In this document: positions 37,978 to 47,601 of the stretch, one piece after another | Position numbering within the stretch: position 1 is the first letter of the stretch | Layout: the number at the start of each line of letters is the position of its first letter | Source of the DNA: Synergistaceae bacterium | GTDB lineage: Bacteria > Synergistota > Synergistia > Synergistales > Synergistaceae | DNA length: 64,000 nucleotides | Direction: 5' to 3' | Assembly (NCBI GenBank): GCA_031270375.1 | Contig: JAISXR010000166.1 | Location: 6,920-70,919 of the forward strand | Notes under the pieces: model-generated | What the model was told of the DNA's origin: nothing | Seen by the model: only the letters and a program-made list of their open reading frames with translations | Databases searched by the model: none | Program-made: the position numbers and the translations under genes

Positions 37978-38048
37978 CAGGAAGAAACGATTCTCCGAAA
38001 TGTCTATGTGCAAAGTTTTGCGCAAATTTCCGACATTTTTTTGCAGGG

Positions 38049-38078
38049 CTGGCGTCTCGCGCAGGGCGCCAGTTTTTT
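38049..38078 (+). terminator. Rho-independent terminator/attenuator hairpin immediately upstream of moaA
   Basis: CTGGCG-(12 nt)-CGCCAG is followed by T6. The hairpin ends about 17 nt before the moaA ATG. Confidence 0.5.
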
Positions 38079-38094
38079 GTACGGCCTGCTCCCA

Positions 38095-39072
38095 ATGGGG
38101 ATAGTGGATGGTCGCGGACGCTGCATAAATTACGCCAGAATATCTGTCACCGACCGGTGTAATTACCGCTGCGTCTACTGTATGCCTGAAGAAGGTGTGA
38201 AATCGCGCGCGCATGCCGATATAATGCGGTACGAAGATATCCTGTGGTTATCCCGTATCCTTGTTTCGCTCGGGATAAGGCATATTCGCTTCACGGGCGG
38301 CGAACCGCTCGTCCGTCGGGGAATGGCCGACTTCCTCGTGTCATTCAGGGAAGAATTCCCCGGACTGGATATTTCCATGACGACGAACGCATCTTTGCTG
38401 CCCAGTTTTGCCGGAACCATCGAGAGAGCGCGCTTGTCTGGGATGAACATCAGCCTCGATACGCTCGACAGCGATAAATTCGCGCACATGACGAGACTTG
38501 GAGACATATCCGACGTCATGTCAGGCATCGCGTCCGCCGCGGAACGCGGTATACCGAACATAAAGACCAACACAGTCGTGATGCGCGGTTTTAACGAACA
38601 CGACTTGCCCGATATCGTCAAATTCTCCTGGAGCCATGGCTTGATCCCGAGGATGATCGAATTTATGCCCATGCGCGGAAATTTATGGGGACGTGAAACG
38701 TTCGTGCCTTCAGCCGAGATTTTTGATCTCCTGAAACCAATGGGTGACTGGGAGCTCGAGGGAAATGCGGAGAAGAAAACGGCGTGCGGGCCGGCCAAAT
38801 ACTACAGGAATGCCCATAACGGCCTCAAAGTAGGCGTGATCGAGGCAATATCCAACCATTTCTGCTCTGAATGCAACAGGCTCAGAATAACGGCCGCCGG
38901 GAACATGAGGGCGTGCCTTTTCAACAACGCGGAGACGCCGCTTTTGCCCGCGATAAGGGACATGGACGAAGCGGCCGCTCGCGAGGCCATACTGACCGGC
39001 ATCGCGCTGAAGCCCAGAAAATGGAACGACGCTGCCGATGGGGTATCTCATATGTCGGACATCGGGGGGTAG
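38095..39072 (+). CDS. moaA: GTP 3',8-cyclase MoaA (radical SAM)
   Basis: It has the CNYRCVYCMP cluster motif, a C-terminal second cluster (CSECNRLR) and a GG tail. The start was trimmed to the ATG at 38095. Confidence 0.9.
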   Translation: MGIVDGRGRCINYARISVTDRCNYRCVYCMPEEGVKSRAHADIMRYEDILWLSRILVSLGIRHIRFTGGEPLVRRGMADFLVSFREEFPGLDISMTTNASLLPSFAGTIERARLSGMNISLDTLDSDKFAHMTRLGDISDVMSGIASAAERGIPNIKTNTVVMRGFNEHDLPDIVKFSWSHGLIPRMIEFMPMRGNLWGRETFVPSAEIFDLLKPMGDWELEGNAEKKTACGPAKYYRNAHNGLKVGVIEAISNHFCSECNRLRITAAGNMRACLFNNAETPLLPAIRDMDEAAAREAILTGIALKPRKWNDAADGVSHMSDIGG

Positions 39073-39081
39073 GGGTATAAT

Positions 39082-39558
39082 ATGAATAAATTTTCTCATT
39101 TCGACGAATCGGGCAGACCGAGGATGGTCGATGTCGGGGAAAAATCCGTTACGCGCCGGCGGGCGGTGGCCGAGTGCATTCTCTCGCTGACCGATAAAGT
39201 ATACGAAGCGCTGCTCGAAGGGGGCATATCGAAGGGAGATCCGTTCAAAACTGCGGAACTGGGCGGCATAATGGCCGCAAAAAAAACGCCCGGCATCATT
39301 CCGCTCTGCCACAACATCAGGCTTGACGCGGTTTCCGTCAAGTGCGAGTTCTTCAAGGAGGAGCGCGCCGTCAGGATAGAATGCGAGGTGTCGGCGACTG
39401 ATGTTACCGGAGTGGAAATGGAAGCTTTGGTCGGCGCTACGGTGGCGGCTCTCGTGTTTTACGATATGTGCAAGGCTTTGGATAAGGGCATGAAGATAAA
39501 AGAAGCGAGGCTGATCGAAAAGTCCGGAGGGCGCAGCGGGCATTGGAAAAAGGATTGA
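39082..39558 (+). CDS. moaC: Cyclic pyranopterin monophosphate synthase MoaC
   Basis: The motifs HFDE.G...MVDV..K, IPLCHN and TGVEMEAL are diagnostic of MoaC. Confidence 0.9.
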   Translation: MNKFSHFDESGRPRMVDVGEKSVTRRRAVAECILSLTDKVYEALLEGGISKGDPFKTAELGGIMAAKKTPGIIPLCHNIRLDAVSVKCEFFKEERAVRIECEVSATDVTGVEMEALVGATVAALVFYDMCKALDKGMKIKEARLIEKSGGRSGHWKKD

Positions 39559-39573
39559 ATTTTGGAGGGGAGC

Positions 39574-40392
39574 ATGCGTATGGGGCGTCCTATGCGGGTT
39601 TCTGGACTTTATAACTCAAAGCGCGGCGAGTTTTGCAAGCTCGTCTACGTGCATCGCGATTCAAACGGCGCGCCATGCGTGAACGGAGAATCGGTAAATA
39701 TCACGCTCAGCCGCGCGGGTAAACTTGCGCCGGACGATTTTGATTTCCGCATCGTCGTCTCTTCGGACATGAAATACGAGACGGGCGACTTTATTTCAAT
39801 CAATGCTGGAGAGACAATGCTCAGGATTGAACCCGGAAACATGATATCGATAGTCTGTCCTGGTTTTATAGGCGCGTCGTCGCGAGCGGACGTTCTCCGC
39901 CCGATAAGAACCGGCGTGCTGACGGTCAGCGACAAAGGTTACGCGGGAGAAAGGGCCGATACGGCCGGCCCCGCGCTCGAAGACCTTGTGTCGGCTGTGG
40001 GCGCGGTCGTGGAGCGCAGGGACATCGTCCCGGACGAGAGGGATATCATATCGCGCAAGCTCGTCGAATGGGCCGATTCATATGCCTTGGAACTCATACT
40101 GACGACGGGAGGTACCGGTTTGTCGCCGCGCGACGTGACACCGGAGGCTGTGACGGATATAGGCGACAGGGTCGTGCCAGGATTCGGGGAGACGATGCGC
40201 GCCAGGTCGATGTATTATACGCCGCGGGGTTATCTTGGCAGGGGGATAGCCGTGACGAGAAGGAAAACCTTGATCATCGCTTTTCCAGGAAGCGAACGGG
40301 CGGTGAGGCAGTGTTTCGAGGCGATTGCACCGGCGCTGCGTCACGGGGTGGAAATATTGATCGGGCGCGATGCCGACTGTGGAGGGCATTGA
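39574..40392 (+). CDS. mogA: MogA/MoaB-type molybdopterin adenylyltransferase domain fused to an N-terminal domain of about 110 aa (possibly MOSC-like)
   Basis: The C-terminal half has VLTVSDKG, LILTTGGTGLSPRDVTPEA and the PG.E motif. The N-terminal half (GDFISINAGETMLRIEPG) loosely resembles a MOSC beta-barrel. Confidence 0.7.
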   Translation: MRMGRPMRVSGLYNSKRGEFCKLVYVHRDSNGAPCVNGESVNITLSRAGKLAPDDFDFRIVVSSDMKYETGDFISINAGETMLRIEPGNMISIVCPGFIGASSRADVLRPIRTGVLTVSDKGYAGERADTAGPALEDLVSAVGAVVERRDIVPDERDIISRKLVEWADSYALELILTTGGTGLSPRDVTPEAVTDIGDRVVPGFGETMRARSMYYTPRGYLGRGIAVTRRKTLIIAFPGSERAVRQCFEAIAPALRHGVEILIGRDADCGGH

Positions 40393-40394
40393 TA

Positions 40395-41273
40395 ATGAGT
40401 GTTGCGGCGAAATGCGTGATTATTTCAGGACTTTCCGGGGCAGGAAAGAGCACGGCACTCAGGATACTGGAGGACAGGGGATTTTATGCGGTAGACAACC
40501 TGCCTCCGGTCCTGTTGCCCTCGCTTCTTGATACCCTTTCCGCTTCCGCGAACAACGCCGCCGAGACATGGGGAGTGGCCGCGGTGGTCGGCGTGCGGGG
40601 AGACAAAGTCCTGGGCGAACTCGAAAAATCTATCGAAAACTTAGAAAGTGCCGGCGTCAAAACCGAATTGGTATTTCTCGATGCCGTCGACGAGGTTTTG
40701 ATTCGGAGATACGAGGAGACCAGAAGACGTCATCCCCTTGGAGAAGGCGTCACCATCATCGAGGGAATAACGCGCGAACGCGCCGAATTATGCGCGCTGA
40801 AAAAGAGAGCATCCACAGTGATAGATACGTCGGATTTCAACGTGTCGGATTTTCGTTCTTCGCTAATGGCACAATTGGGAATGAACGAACATCCTTTCAC
40901 GGTGATAGTGAGTTCCTTCGGTTTCAAAAACGGAATCCCCAGGGACTGCGACTACATGTTCGACACGCGGTTTCTGCCGAATCCAAACTACGTTCCCGAA
41001 CTGAAACCGCTGTCGGGACGGGATGCCGAAGTGCAGAAATATCTCGACAGAATACCCGAAAAACAGGTGTTCATGAAGCACCTCGTATCTTTTATGGAAT
41101 TCATCCTGAAACATTACGAGAACACCGGCAAGAAACAGCTTCACGTGGCTGTCGGCTGTACGGGTGGAAGGCATCGGTCGGTGGCCGTAGCCGAGCAGCT
41201 CTCCAAGATAATTTCCGACACCGGGCTTCGGACGGCCATCGACCACAGGGATATAGACATGGAGGACCGATAG
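40395..41273 (+). CDS. rapZ: RNase adapter / nucleotide-binding protein RapZ (YvcJ)
   Basis: It has Walker A GLSGAGKSTAL, then DNLP, and a C-terminal GCTGG.HRSV motif. The start was trimmed to the ATG at 40395. Confidence 0.85.
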   Translation: MSVAAKCVIISGLSGAGKSTALRILEDRGFYAVDNLPPVLLPSLLDTLSASANNAAETWGVAAVVGVRGDKVLGELEKSIENLESAGVKTELVFLDAVDEVLIRRYEETRRRHPLGEGVTIIEGITRERAELCALKKRASTVIDTSDFNVSDFRSSLMAQLGMNEHPFTVIVSSFGFKNGIPRDCDYMFDTRFLPNPNYVPELKPLSGRDAEVQKYLDRIPEKQVFMKHLVSFMEFILKHYENTGKKQLHVAVGCTGGRHRSVAVAEQLSKIISDTGLRTAIDHRDIDMEDR

Positions 41274-41276
41274 GGA

Positions 41277-42413
41277 ATGCCGGGCGCTACGGTTCTCGTC
41301 GCGGCCGGTTTCTTTCTGGGCTGCGTGGTCACGGCTCTTCTGCCGCTTCGGTCGCGCCGCCGCCCCGTCGTGCCCGGTAAAAGTTCCCGTCGCAGGCGGG
41401 AGGTAATGGAAAGCGCGATTGAACACAGATTGCTGCAAGGCCCCAGTTTTGTGTGCATCGGCGGAGGTACCGGTCTGTCCACGCTGCTCGCCGGGCTCAA
41501 GAGCTTCACGAGGAATATCACGGCCGTCGTGGCGGTGACCGACGAAGGCGGCAGCTCGGGGCGTCTGAGACAGGAATGGGGGGTGCTGCCGCCGGGTGAC
41601 ATCCGCAACTGTCTCGTCGCGCTCGCCGAGGACGACAGTTCCCTGAACAGAATACTGAATTTCAGGTTCGACAGGGGTGAACTTAACGGGCATAGCCTAG
41701 GGAACCTCATCCTGCTCGCGGCTTGCGAACTCACCGGCGACTTCAACAAGGCTGTCGAGGAGATGAACAGGCTGCTTGCGATAAGAGGACGCGTCCTGCC
41801 GGTGACAACAGAGACAGTAGTCCTTCGCGGCGAGGCGGAAAACGGGAAATTTGTTCGGGGAGAGCTCGAAATATCTGAGTACGGCGCGCAGATGAAGAGA
41901 ATGTGGCTCGAACCTCCGTCGGCGAGACCGCTTCCCGGAGTGATAGAGGCCATCTCCGACGCGGACGCGATAGTTCTCGGGCCGGGCAGCCTTTTCACGA
42001 GCATCCTGCCGAACCTGCTGCTTGAGGAATTGACCAAAACTATTCGCAATGCCGGCCTGCCGAAGATTTATGTCGCCAACCTCATGACTCAAAAAAACGA
42101 GACGGAGCGGATGAACATAACGGCCCATCTCGATTGGATAGCGAGCGTACTCGGCGAGATGCCGGATTATATCGTTGTGAATCACACCCCGATTCCCGAC
42201 GACTACCTCGAAAGATACCGCGAAAAGGGGGCCGAACCGCTGTATCTTTCGCGTGAAGAGGAGCTGTATCTTGAACGGAATGGATGCGAGATCGTCTCCG
42301 CTGATCTCGTGAACATAAAGGAAGGCAAGTACCTGCGGCATCACTCGAAAAATCTGGCCGAGATACTGACGCGTATCGCGGGGGATTACCGTGAAGACAA
42401 TCTGCGGAGATAG
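41277..42413 (+). CDS. yvcK: YvcK-like gluconeogenesis/cell-shape factor (CofD-like family)
   Basis: The motifs IGGGTGLSTLL.GLK, VTDEGGSSG.LR and GD.RNCL are present. The upstream-most start adds a hydrophobic N-terminal extension of about 43 aa. Confidence 0.8.
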   Translation: MPGATVLVAAGFFLGCVVTALLPLRSRRRPVVPGKSSRRRREVMESAIEHRLLQGPSFVCIGGGTGLSTLLAGLKSFTRNITAVVAVTDEGGSSGRLRQEWGVLPPGDIRNCLVALAEDDSSLNRILNFRFDRGELNGHSLGNLILLAACELTGDFNKAVEEMNRLLAIRGRVLPVTTETVVLRGEAENGKFVRGELEISEYGAQMKRMWLEPPSARPLPGVIEAISDADAIVLGPGSLFTSILPNLLLEELTKTIRNAGLPKIYVANLMTQKNETERMNITAHLDWIASVLGEMPDYIVVNHTPIPDDYLERYREKGAEPLYLSREEELYLERNGCEIVSADLVNIKEGKYLRHHSKNLAEILTRIAGDYREDNLRR

Positions 42414-42419
42414 AACGGC

Positions 42420-43310
42420 GTGAGGAATTATCTTGCCGAGACTTGGGACGAATTGCTTAATTTGCCAGTCAGTGACGCGCCCTCGGAATTCGCGGGCTTT
42501 TTGTCGGTACTTCCGGCTAAATGGGACGGAGACCGTGTTCTGGTGGATACGCAAAAACTCGTCATAGCGAGAAGAATAATGAAACTCATCGGGGATTTGA
42601 GTGAGGAAACGAGGCACGAAATTATCCCTCGCGGCGGAAATTTTCTGGATCTGGATAAAAATCGCGGCAGGGCTCTGTTACAAATTCAAAGTGAAGCGTA
42701 TACGTACACGCGGATATACCCGCGAAAACCGCGAAAATGGGCCTGGTTCAGGGGAGTATGGGGAGGATGCGGGTCGCTGTATCTTCCCCGTGTGGGATAT
42801 TACATGTCACTCAGGCTTCCCGCCGGCATGAATAGCGAAAAGAGACTGTCGGCGATACTGCGTTCGGCTGGGGTGAGCGCCGGTGTGAGGTCAAAAAGAA
42901 ACAGGACGGAGTATATGATAAGGGGACTCGAGGATATAGTGACAATCCTTGCCGGTATGGGACTCGTCCGAACTTCCCTTATGTTCGAGGAGACGGCGGT
43001 ATTGAGGTCCGCCCGCGGCATGGCCAACAAGATAACGAACTGTGACAGGGCGAATATAGGAAAGACGATCGAGGCGGCAAAGCTTCAAATGCGGCTTGTG
43101 GAAACGCTTGACAAACATAGGCTGTGGAACGAGATATCCCCGCAATTGGCCGAAGTGGCAAGGACACGACGCGAACACCCGAGCGCGTCCCTGGGAGAAC
43201 TCGGACAGATTTTATCGAAGCCGGTCAGCAAGAGCACGGTTGAATACAGATGGAAAAAACTGGAAGCTTTTTTGTCAGAAGCGAATATTATGAAAACGAA
43301 GAGGGGATGA
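42420..43310 (+). CDS. whiA: DNA-binding protein WhiA
   Basis: It has a LAGLIDADG-like middle domain and a C-terminal helix-turn-helix (SLGELGQILSKPVSKSTVEYRWKKL). The synteny rapZ-yvcK-whiA supports the call. Confidence 0.85.
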   Translation: MRNYLAETWDELLNLPVSDAPSEFAGFLSVLPAKWDGDRVLVDTQKLVIARRIMKLIGDLSEETRHEIIPRGGNFLDLDKNRGRALLQIQSEAYTYTRIYPRKPRKWAWFRGVWGGCGSLYLPRVGYYMSLRLPAGMNSEKRLSAILRSAGVSAGVRSKRNRTEYMIRGLEDIVTILAGMGLVRTSLMFEETAVLRSARGMANKITNCDRANIGKTIEAAKLQMRLVETLDKHRLWNEISPQLAEVARTRREHPSASLGELGQILSKPVSKSTVEYRWKKLEAFLSEANIMKTKRG

Positions 43311-45283
43311 TTGAGTTGTACCTTGGAAAGGCGGACGTCAATACTTACGACAAGGGAGCCGAGCGCGAATTTCTCGTCTCGAACGGCGCGGGGAGTTACG
43401 GGTCTTCCACGGTGATAGGCGCGAACACGAGGAGCGGACACGGACTTTTGGTCGTCCGCTCAAAAGAGAGCGAAACCCATACGGTGCTCATCAGCAAACT
43501 CGAAGAAACCCTTCACTCAGGCGGCAGAAAATACCAACTATCGACGAACCGTTACAAGGATCTGATATATCCCGACGGATTCAGATACCTGCAGGAATAT
43601 CAGGGGAATCCTTACCCCGATTTTTTGTTCGTAATACACAGCGTTTTCCTCAGGAAATCCATTTTCATGCCTTTCAACGGAACCTGTTCCGTGGTCAGGT
43701 ATGAACTCCTCGCTTCCCCGAAGCCGGTGACGCTGGAAATACGTCCGCTTTTCGCGCACAGAACCAACGGCGTCACCTGCCCGGATCATTCGGGCGCCGG
43801 ATTCGAGGCCATAAATTCCGACGGCATGGTAAACGTATCGGGACGTGACGCGTTGAGCCACGTCTCTTTTGCCGGCAAACCGAATCAAGGAATTTGGTGC
43901 GAAAAGCCGTTGTGGTTCGAGAACCTCGTATACGAGAAAAACGCGGAAACCGAGACGCCCTCCGTCGATTCCCTCTGGTCTCCCGGCTACGTGACGGTGG
44001 AGATGGAACCGGGAGACGTGGTGTGGGAGGTATTGTCCGAAGAGCCGATATCCTACATGCCCGAAGAACTCGACACAATGCTGAAAGATACGGTGGAGCG
44101 CCAGCAATGCTTCGTCGAAGGACTCCCGATAAATGCCAAGCACAGCCTCGCTCAGGATTTGGCGCGCAGCTCGCGCCATCTCGTATCCGAAAACGTCGAC
44201 TCGTCCCCGGCCGTCATTTCGGGTTTCCCGTCGGCGCAACTGCGTGCCCGCGATACTTTCATAGCCCTTCCGGGGTTGACCCTGGCGACGGGACGGGGCG
44301 AGACAGCCCGCGGGATTCTTTCGGCGTGGCTCGAACGTTCGCGTCGCTGCCGCGGAATCATGCCCTCATATATCCTCGGCGGCGAATCGGTAACGGAGGA
44401 TATCGACTCCGGTCTCTGGTATCTGTACGCGCTTCAGAAATATACCGCGCACGTGAAATTTGATTTCGCGCGCGAAAATTTCGCGGAACTCGCCGATATA
44501 ATCGACAAATACATACAAGGCCCTCCAGAACTCGGCGCGGTGATGGACGGCGGCACGAAACTGATAAAATATTTCGACACGGACAAAACGAAAAATTGGA
44601 TGTCCGGCGACGCGGACGGCGAGCCGCTCGTGGAGCGCAAGGGTTATCTCGTGGAAGTGAACGCCCTTTGGTACGATGTCCTGTGTTTCATGGATGAGGC
44701 CGCTCGCGCGATCGAAGGCGGGCCGGTCGAAAAATATTCGAATCTGGCTATGGAAGTGAAAAAATCGTTCGTCGATATATTCTGGAACGGCGCTGCCGAT
44801 TACCTATACGATTGGGTCGATCCCGCCGACGGGCGGCGCGATGAACTGATCCGGCCGAACGCGATATTCTCGGTGTCCCTGCCTTACGCGGTGCTGCCGG
44901 ACGAAATGGGGCGCGCCGTGTTCGCGACATGTTGGAACCAACTTTACACTACTTACGGGCTTCGCACTCTCGACCCGCACAACGAGAAATTCAAGGGACG
45001 CGCCGAGGGGCGCCCCGATCAAAAAAAGAAGGCGCGTTTGCGCGGCATGGCATGCCCCTGGCTGCTGGGGCAGTTTATCACCGCGTACATGCGTTTCAAC
45101 CCGGGCAACGTCGACATGGGCTGGCGGTTTGTCCGTCCCTTCACCTCGCATTTGCGCAGAGGATGCCTCGGAGGGGTCGCGGAGTACTTCGACGGCGTAA
45201 TGCCATACATGCCGAACGGCGACATACTGAGCGCGGTTTCGATAGGCGAATTGCTCAGAGTGATGCACGAAGATATGGCGTGA
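43307..45283 (+). CDS. Glycogen debranching enzyme (amylo-alpha-1,6-glucosidase family, archaeal/bacterial type)
   Basis: It has a GDE N-terminal domain (EFLVSNGAGSYGSSTV.GANTR..HGLL) and a C-terminal six-hairpin glucosidase region. The start was trimmed to the ATG that overlaps the whiA stop. Confidence 0.75.
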   Translation: MIELYLGKADVNTYDKGAEREFLVSNGAGSYGSSTVIGANTRSGHGLLVVRSKESETHTVLISKLEETLHSGGRKYQLSTNRYKDLIYPDGFRYLQEYQGNPYPDFLFVIHSVFLRKSIFMPFNGTCSVVRYELLASPKPVTLEIRPLFAHRTNGVTCPDHSGAGFEAINSDGMVNVSGRDALSHVSFAGKPNQGIWCEKPLWFENLVYEKNAETETPSVDSLWSPGYVTVEMEPGDVVWEVLSEEPISYMPEELDTMLKDTVERQQCFVEGLPINAKHSLAQDLARSSRHLVSENVDSSPAVISGFPSAQLRARDTFIALPGLTLATGRGETARGILSAWLERSRRCRGIMPSYILGGESVTEDIDSGLWYLYALQKYTAHVKFDFARENFAELADIIDKYIQGPPELGAVMDGGTKLIKYFDTDKTKNWMSGDADGEPLVERKGYLVEVNALWYDVLCFMDEAARAIEGGPVEKYSNLAMEVKKSFVDIFWNGAADYLYDWVDPADGRRDELIRPNAIFSVSLPYAVLPDEMGRAVFATCWNQLYTTYGLRTLDPHNEKFKGRAEGRPDQKKKARLRGMACPWLLGQFITAYMRFNPGNVDMGWRFVRPFTSHLRRGCLGGVAEYFDGVMPYMPNGDILSAVSIGELLRVMHEDMA

Positions 45284-45292
45284 GGAATCTCA

Positions 45293-45321
45293 TTGACCAA
45301 GTTTGTTTTATTTGGTAATCT
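45293..45321 (+). promoter_or_regulatory. Candidate promoter of the gap-pgk-tpiA operon (TTGACC, 17-nt spacer, TAATCT)
   Basis: The hexamers and spacing were read directly. The element lies about 50 nt upstream of the gap ATG. Confidence 0.4.
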
Positions 45322-45369
45322 GACGCATTGATAAGAGTGTGCGATTTCAAACCTAAGGAGGTTTTTATA

Positions 45370-46395
45370 ATGGCAAAAGGCAAAGTAGCAATTAACGGTT
45401 TCGGTCGTATCGGGCGCGTGTTCCTCCGCTCGTTCTTCAAAAAAGGAGGGCACGAATTCGACGTGGTGGCAGTGAACGATCTCACTCCGCCCGACGTGTT
45501 GGAGTATCTCCTGAAGTACGATTCGGTATTCAAGCGCTTCGAGGGCGAAGTCAAACTCGAGGGCGATGTCCTCAGCGTGAACGGGATGAAGATCAAGGCC
45601 CTCTCGCAATCCGATCCCACGAAACTGCCGTGGGGCGAACTCGGCGTGGATATCGTCGTCGAGAGCACCGGGCGTTTTACCGACGCCGCCAACGCCAAGG
45701 CCCATATCGACGCCGGAGCCAAGAAAGTCATCATCTCCGCGCCGGCCACCAATCAGGACATCACGATTGTCATGGGCGTAAACGACGCTGACTACGACCC
45801 GGCGAAGCATCACATCATCTCCAACGCCTCCTGCACCACCAACTGCCTTGCTCCCGTGGTGAAGGCGATCGACGAGAGTTTCGGAATAGTGAAGGGACTT
45901 ATGAACACGGTCCACTCATATACGAACGACCAGGTGACGCTCGACTTCCCGCCCAAGAAGGGCATTTCCGCCATAACGCGCGGAAGGGCAGCCGCGCTCT
46001 CCATAATTCCGACCAGCACCGGAGCGGCCAAGGCCATTTCGGAAGTGCTTCCCCATCTCAAAGGAAAATTGAACGGATTCTCCCTCCGCGTGCCGACACC
46101 GGACGTATCGATAGTCGATCTCACAGCGGAACTCCAAAAACCCGCCACCAAGGAAGAGATCAACGAGGCGGTGAAAAAATACGCCGATGGCCCGCTGAAA
46201 GGTATTCTCGCGTATGAACCCGACGACCTCGTGTCGATGGATTTCCTCGGAGATTTCCATTCTTCCATATTCGCCCCGAAACATACGACGGTCATAGACA
46301 ACATGGTGAAAGTTCTCTCCTGGTACGACAACGAATGGGGCTACAGCTCGCGCGTCGCGGATCTTGCGGACCTCATCATAAAGAAGGGGCTGTAG
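45370..46395 (+). CDS. gap: Glyceraldehyde-3-phosphate dehydrogenase, type I
   Basis: It has INGFGRIGR, the active-site motif SNASCTTNCLAP and WYDNEWGYS. Confidence 0.95.
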   Translation: MAKGKVAINGFGRIGRVFLRSFFKKGGHEFDVVAVNDLTPPDVLEYLLKYDSVFKRFEGEVKLEGDVLSVNGMKIKALSQSDPTKLPWGELGVDIVVESTGRFTDAANAKAHIDAGAKKVIISAPATNQDITIVMGVNDADYDPAKHHIISNASCTTNCLAPVVKAIDESFGIVKGLMNTVHSYTNDQVTLDFPPKKGISAITRGRAAALSIIPTSTGAAKAISEVLPHLKGKLNGFSLRVPTPDVSIVDLTAELQKPATKEEINEAVKKYADGPLKGILAYEPDDLVSMDFLGDFHSSIFAPKHTTVIDNMVKVLSWYDNEWGYSSRVADLADLIIKKGL

Positions 46396-46398
46396 AAA

Positions 46399-47589
46399 TT
46401 GAAACTCAAAACATTTCAGCCCGAGGACATCGCCGGCAAACGGGTGCTCGTCAGGGTCGATTTCAACGTTCCCCTCACCGGAGACGGTAAAGTATCGGAC
46501 TCCACCAGAATAAAAGCGCACGTCCCGCTGATTGAGGAATTGTCGAAAGCTGAGGCCAAAATTGCGCTCTGCTCTCATCTGGGCAGGCCCAAGGGTCAGG
46601 TGAATCCCAAATACTCACTGAAACCGATTGCGGAGGAGCTGGAAGGCATAATCGGCAAAAAAGTCGCCTTCACCTCCGACTGCGTGGGCACCGCCGTCTC
46701 TTCCGCGATCGAATCAATCCAACCGGGCGGATTAGCGGTGCTCGAAAATTTGCGCTTTTACGCCGAAGAAGAGAAAAACGACGCCGCGTTCGCCAAAAAA
46801 TTGGCCTCTCCGTTCGAGGTCTTCATCATGGACGCGTTCAGCGCCGCGCACAGGGCGCACGCGTCGACGCGCGCGGTGGTGGATTGCCTGCCGTCGTTCG
46901 CCGGGCCTCTCCTCATCAGGGAGATAGAAATCCTGAGCGAGACGCGCGACAATCCCAGGCATCCCTTCGTCCTCATACTCGGAGGCGCGAAGGTGTCGGA
47001 CAAGATAGACGTCATAGAAAACCTGCTTTCCAAAGCGGACACTATCATCATTGGCGGGGGCATGTCCTTCACGTTCCTGAAATCCCAAGGGCTCGAGATA
47101 GGGCACTCGCTCTGCGAGACCGAAAAACTGGACTTTGCGCGCGCAATGTCCGAAAAGGCAAAGAAACAGAACGTCTCGATACTGTTGCCGACCGATGTGC
47201 TGGCCGCCTCGGAGGTATCTGCCGAAGCCTCTCCGAAAACGGTTCCCGCGAACGCGATACCGCCCGATCTCATGGGTCTCGATATCGGTCCCGACACAAG
47301 GAAGATTTTCAGCGAAGCTCTCGAATCCGCCAAAACCGTCCTGTGGAACGGCCCGATGGGCGTCTTCGAAATGGCGCCTTTCGCGGGCGGCACCAAAGCT
47401 ATCGCCGAGCAGCTCGTAAAGATCACCGGAAACGGCGCGACGACGGTTATCGGCGGAGGGGATTCCGCCGCCGCTATAGCGCAGCTCGGTCTTGAAAATG
47501 AAGTGTCCCACGTTTCCACGGGCGGCGGCGCTTCCCTCGAATTTTTCGAGGGGAAAATGCTTCCCGGCGTGGAGCCTTACATAATATAA
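46399..47589 (+). CDS. pgk: Phosphoglycerate kinase
   Basis: The motifs RVDFNVP, GGAKVSDKI and STGGGASLEF are present. Confidence 0.95.
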   Translation: MKLKTFQPEDIAGKRVLVRVDFNVPLTGDGKVSDSTRIKAHVPLIEELSKAEAKIALCSHLGRPKGQVNPKYSLKPIAEELEGIIGKKVAFTSDCVGTAVSSAIESIQPGGLAVLENLRFYAEEEKNDAAFAKKLASPFEVFIMDAFSAAHRAHASTRAVVDCLPSFAGPLLIREIEILSETRDNPRHPFVLILGGAKVSDKIDVIENLLSKADTIIIGGGMSFTFLKSQGLEIGHSLCETEKLDFARAMSEKAKKQNVSILLPTDVLAASEVSAEASPKTVPANAIPPDLMGLDIGPDTRKIFSEALESAKTVLWNGPMGVFEMAPFAGGTKAIAEQLVKITGNGATTVIGGGDSAAAIAQLGLENEVSHVSTGGGASLEFFEGKMLPGVEPYII

Positions 47590-47601
47590 GGGGGATACGT
47601 C

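Noticed and set aside
38710-42617. Long minus-strand ORFs (277, 276, 302 and 306 aa) across moaA-moaC and rapZ-yvcK
   Set aside because: They are antisense shadows of well-supported plus-strand genes.
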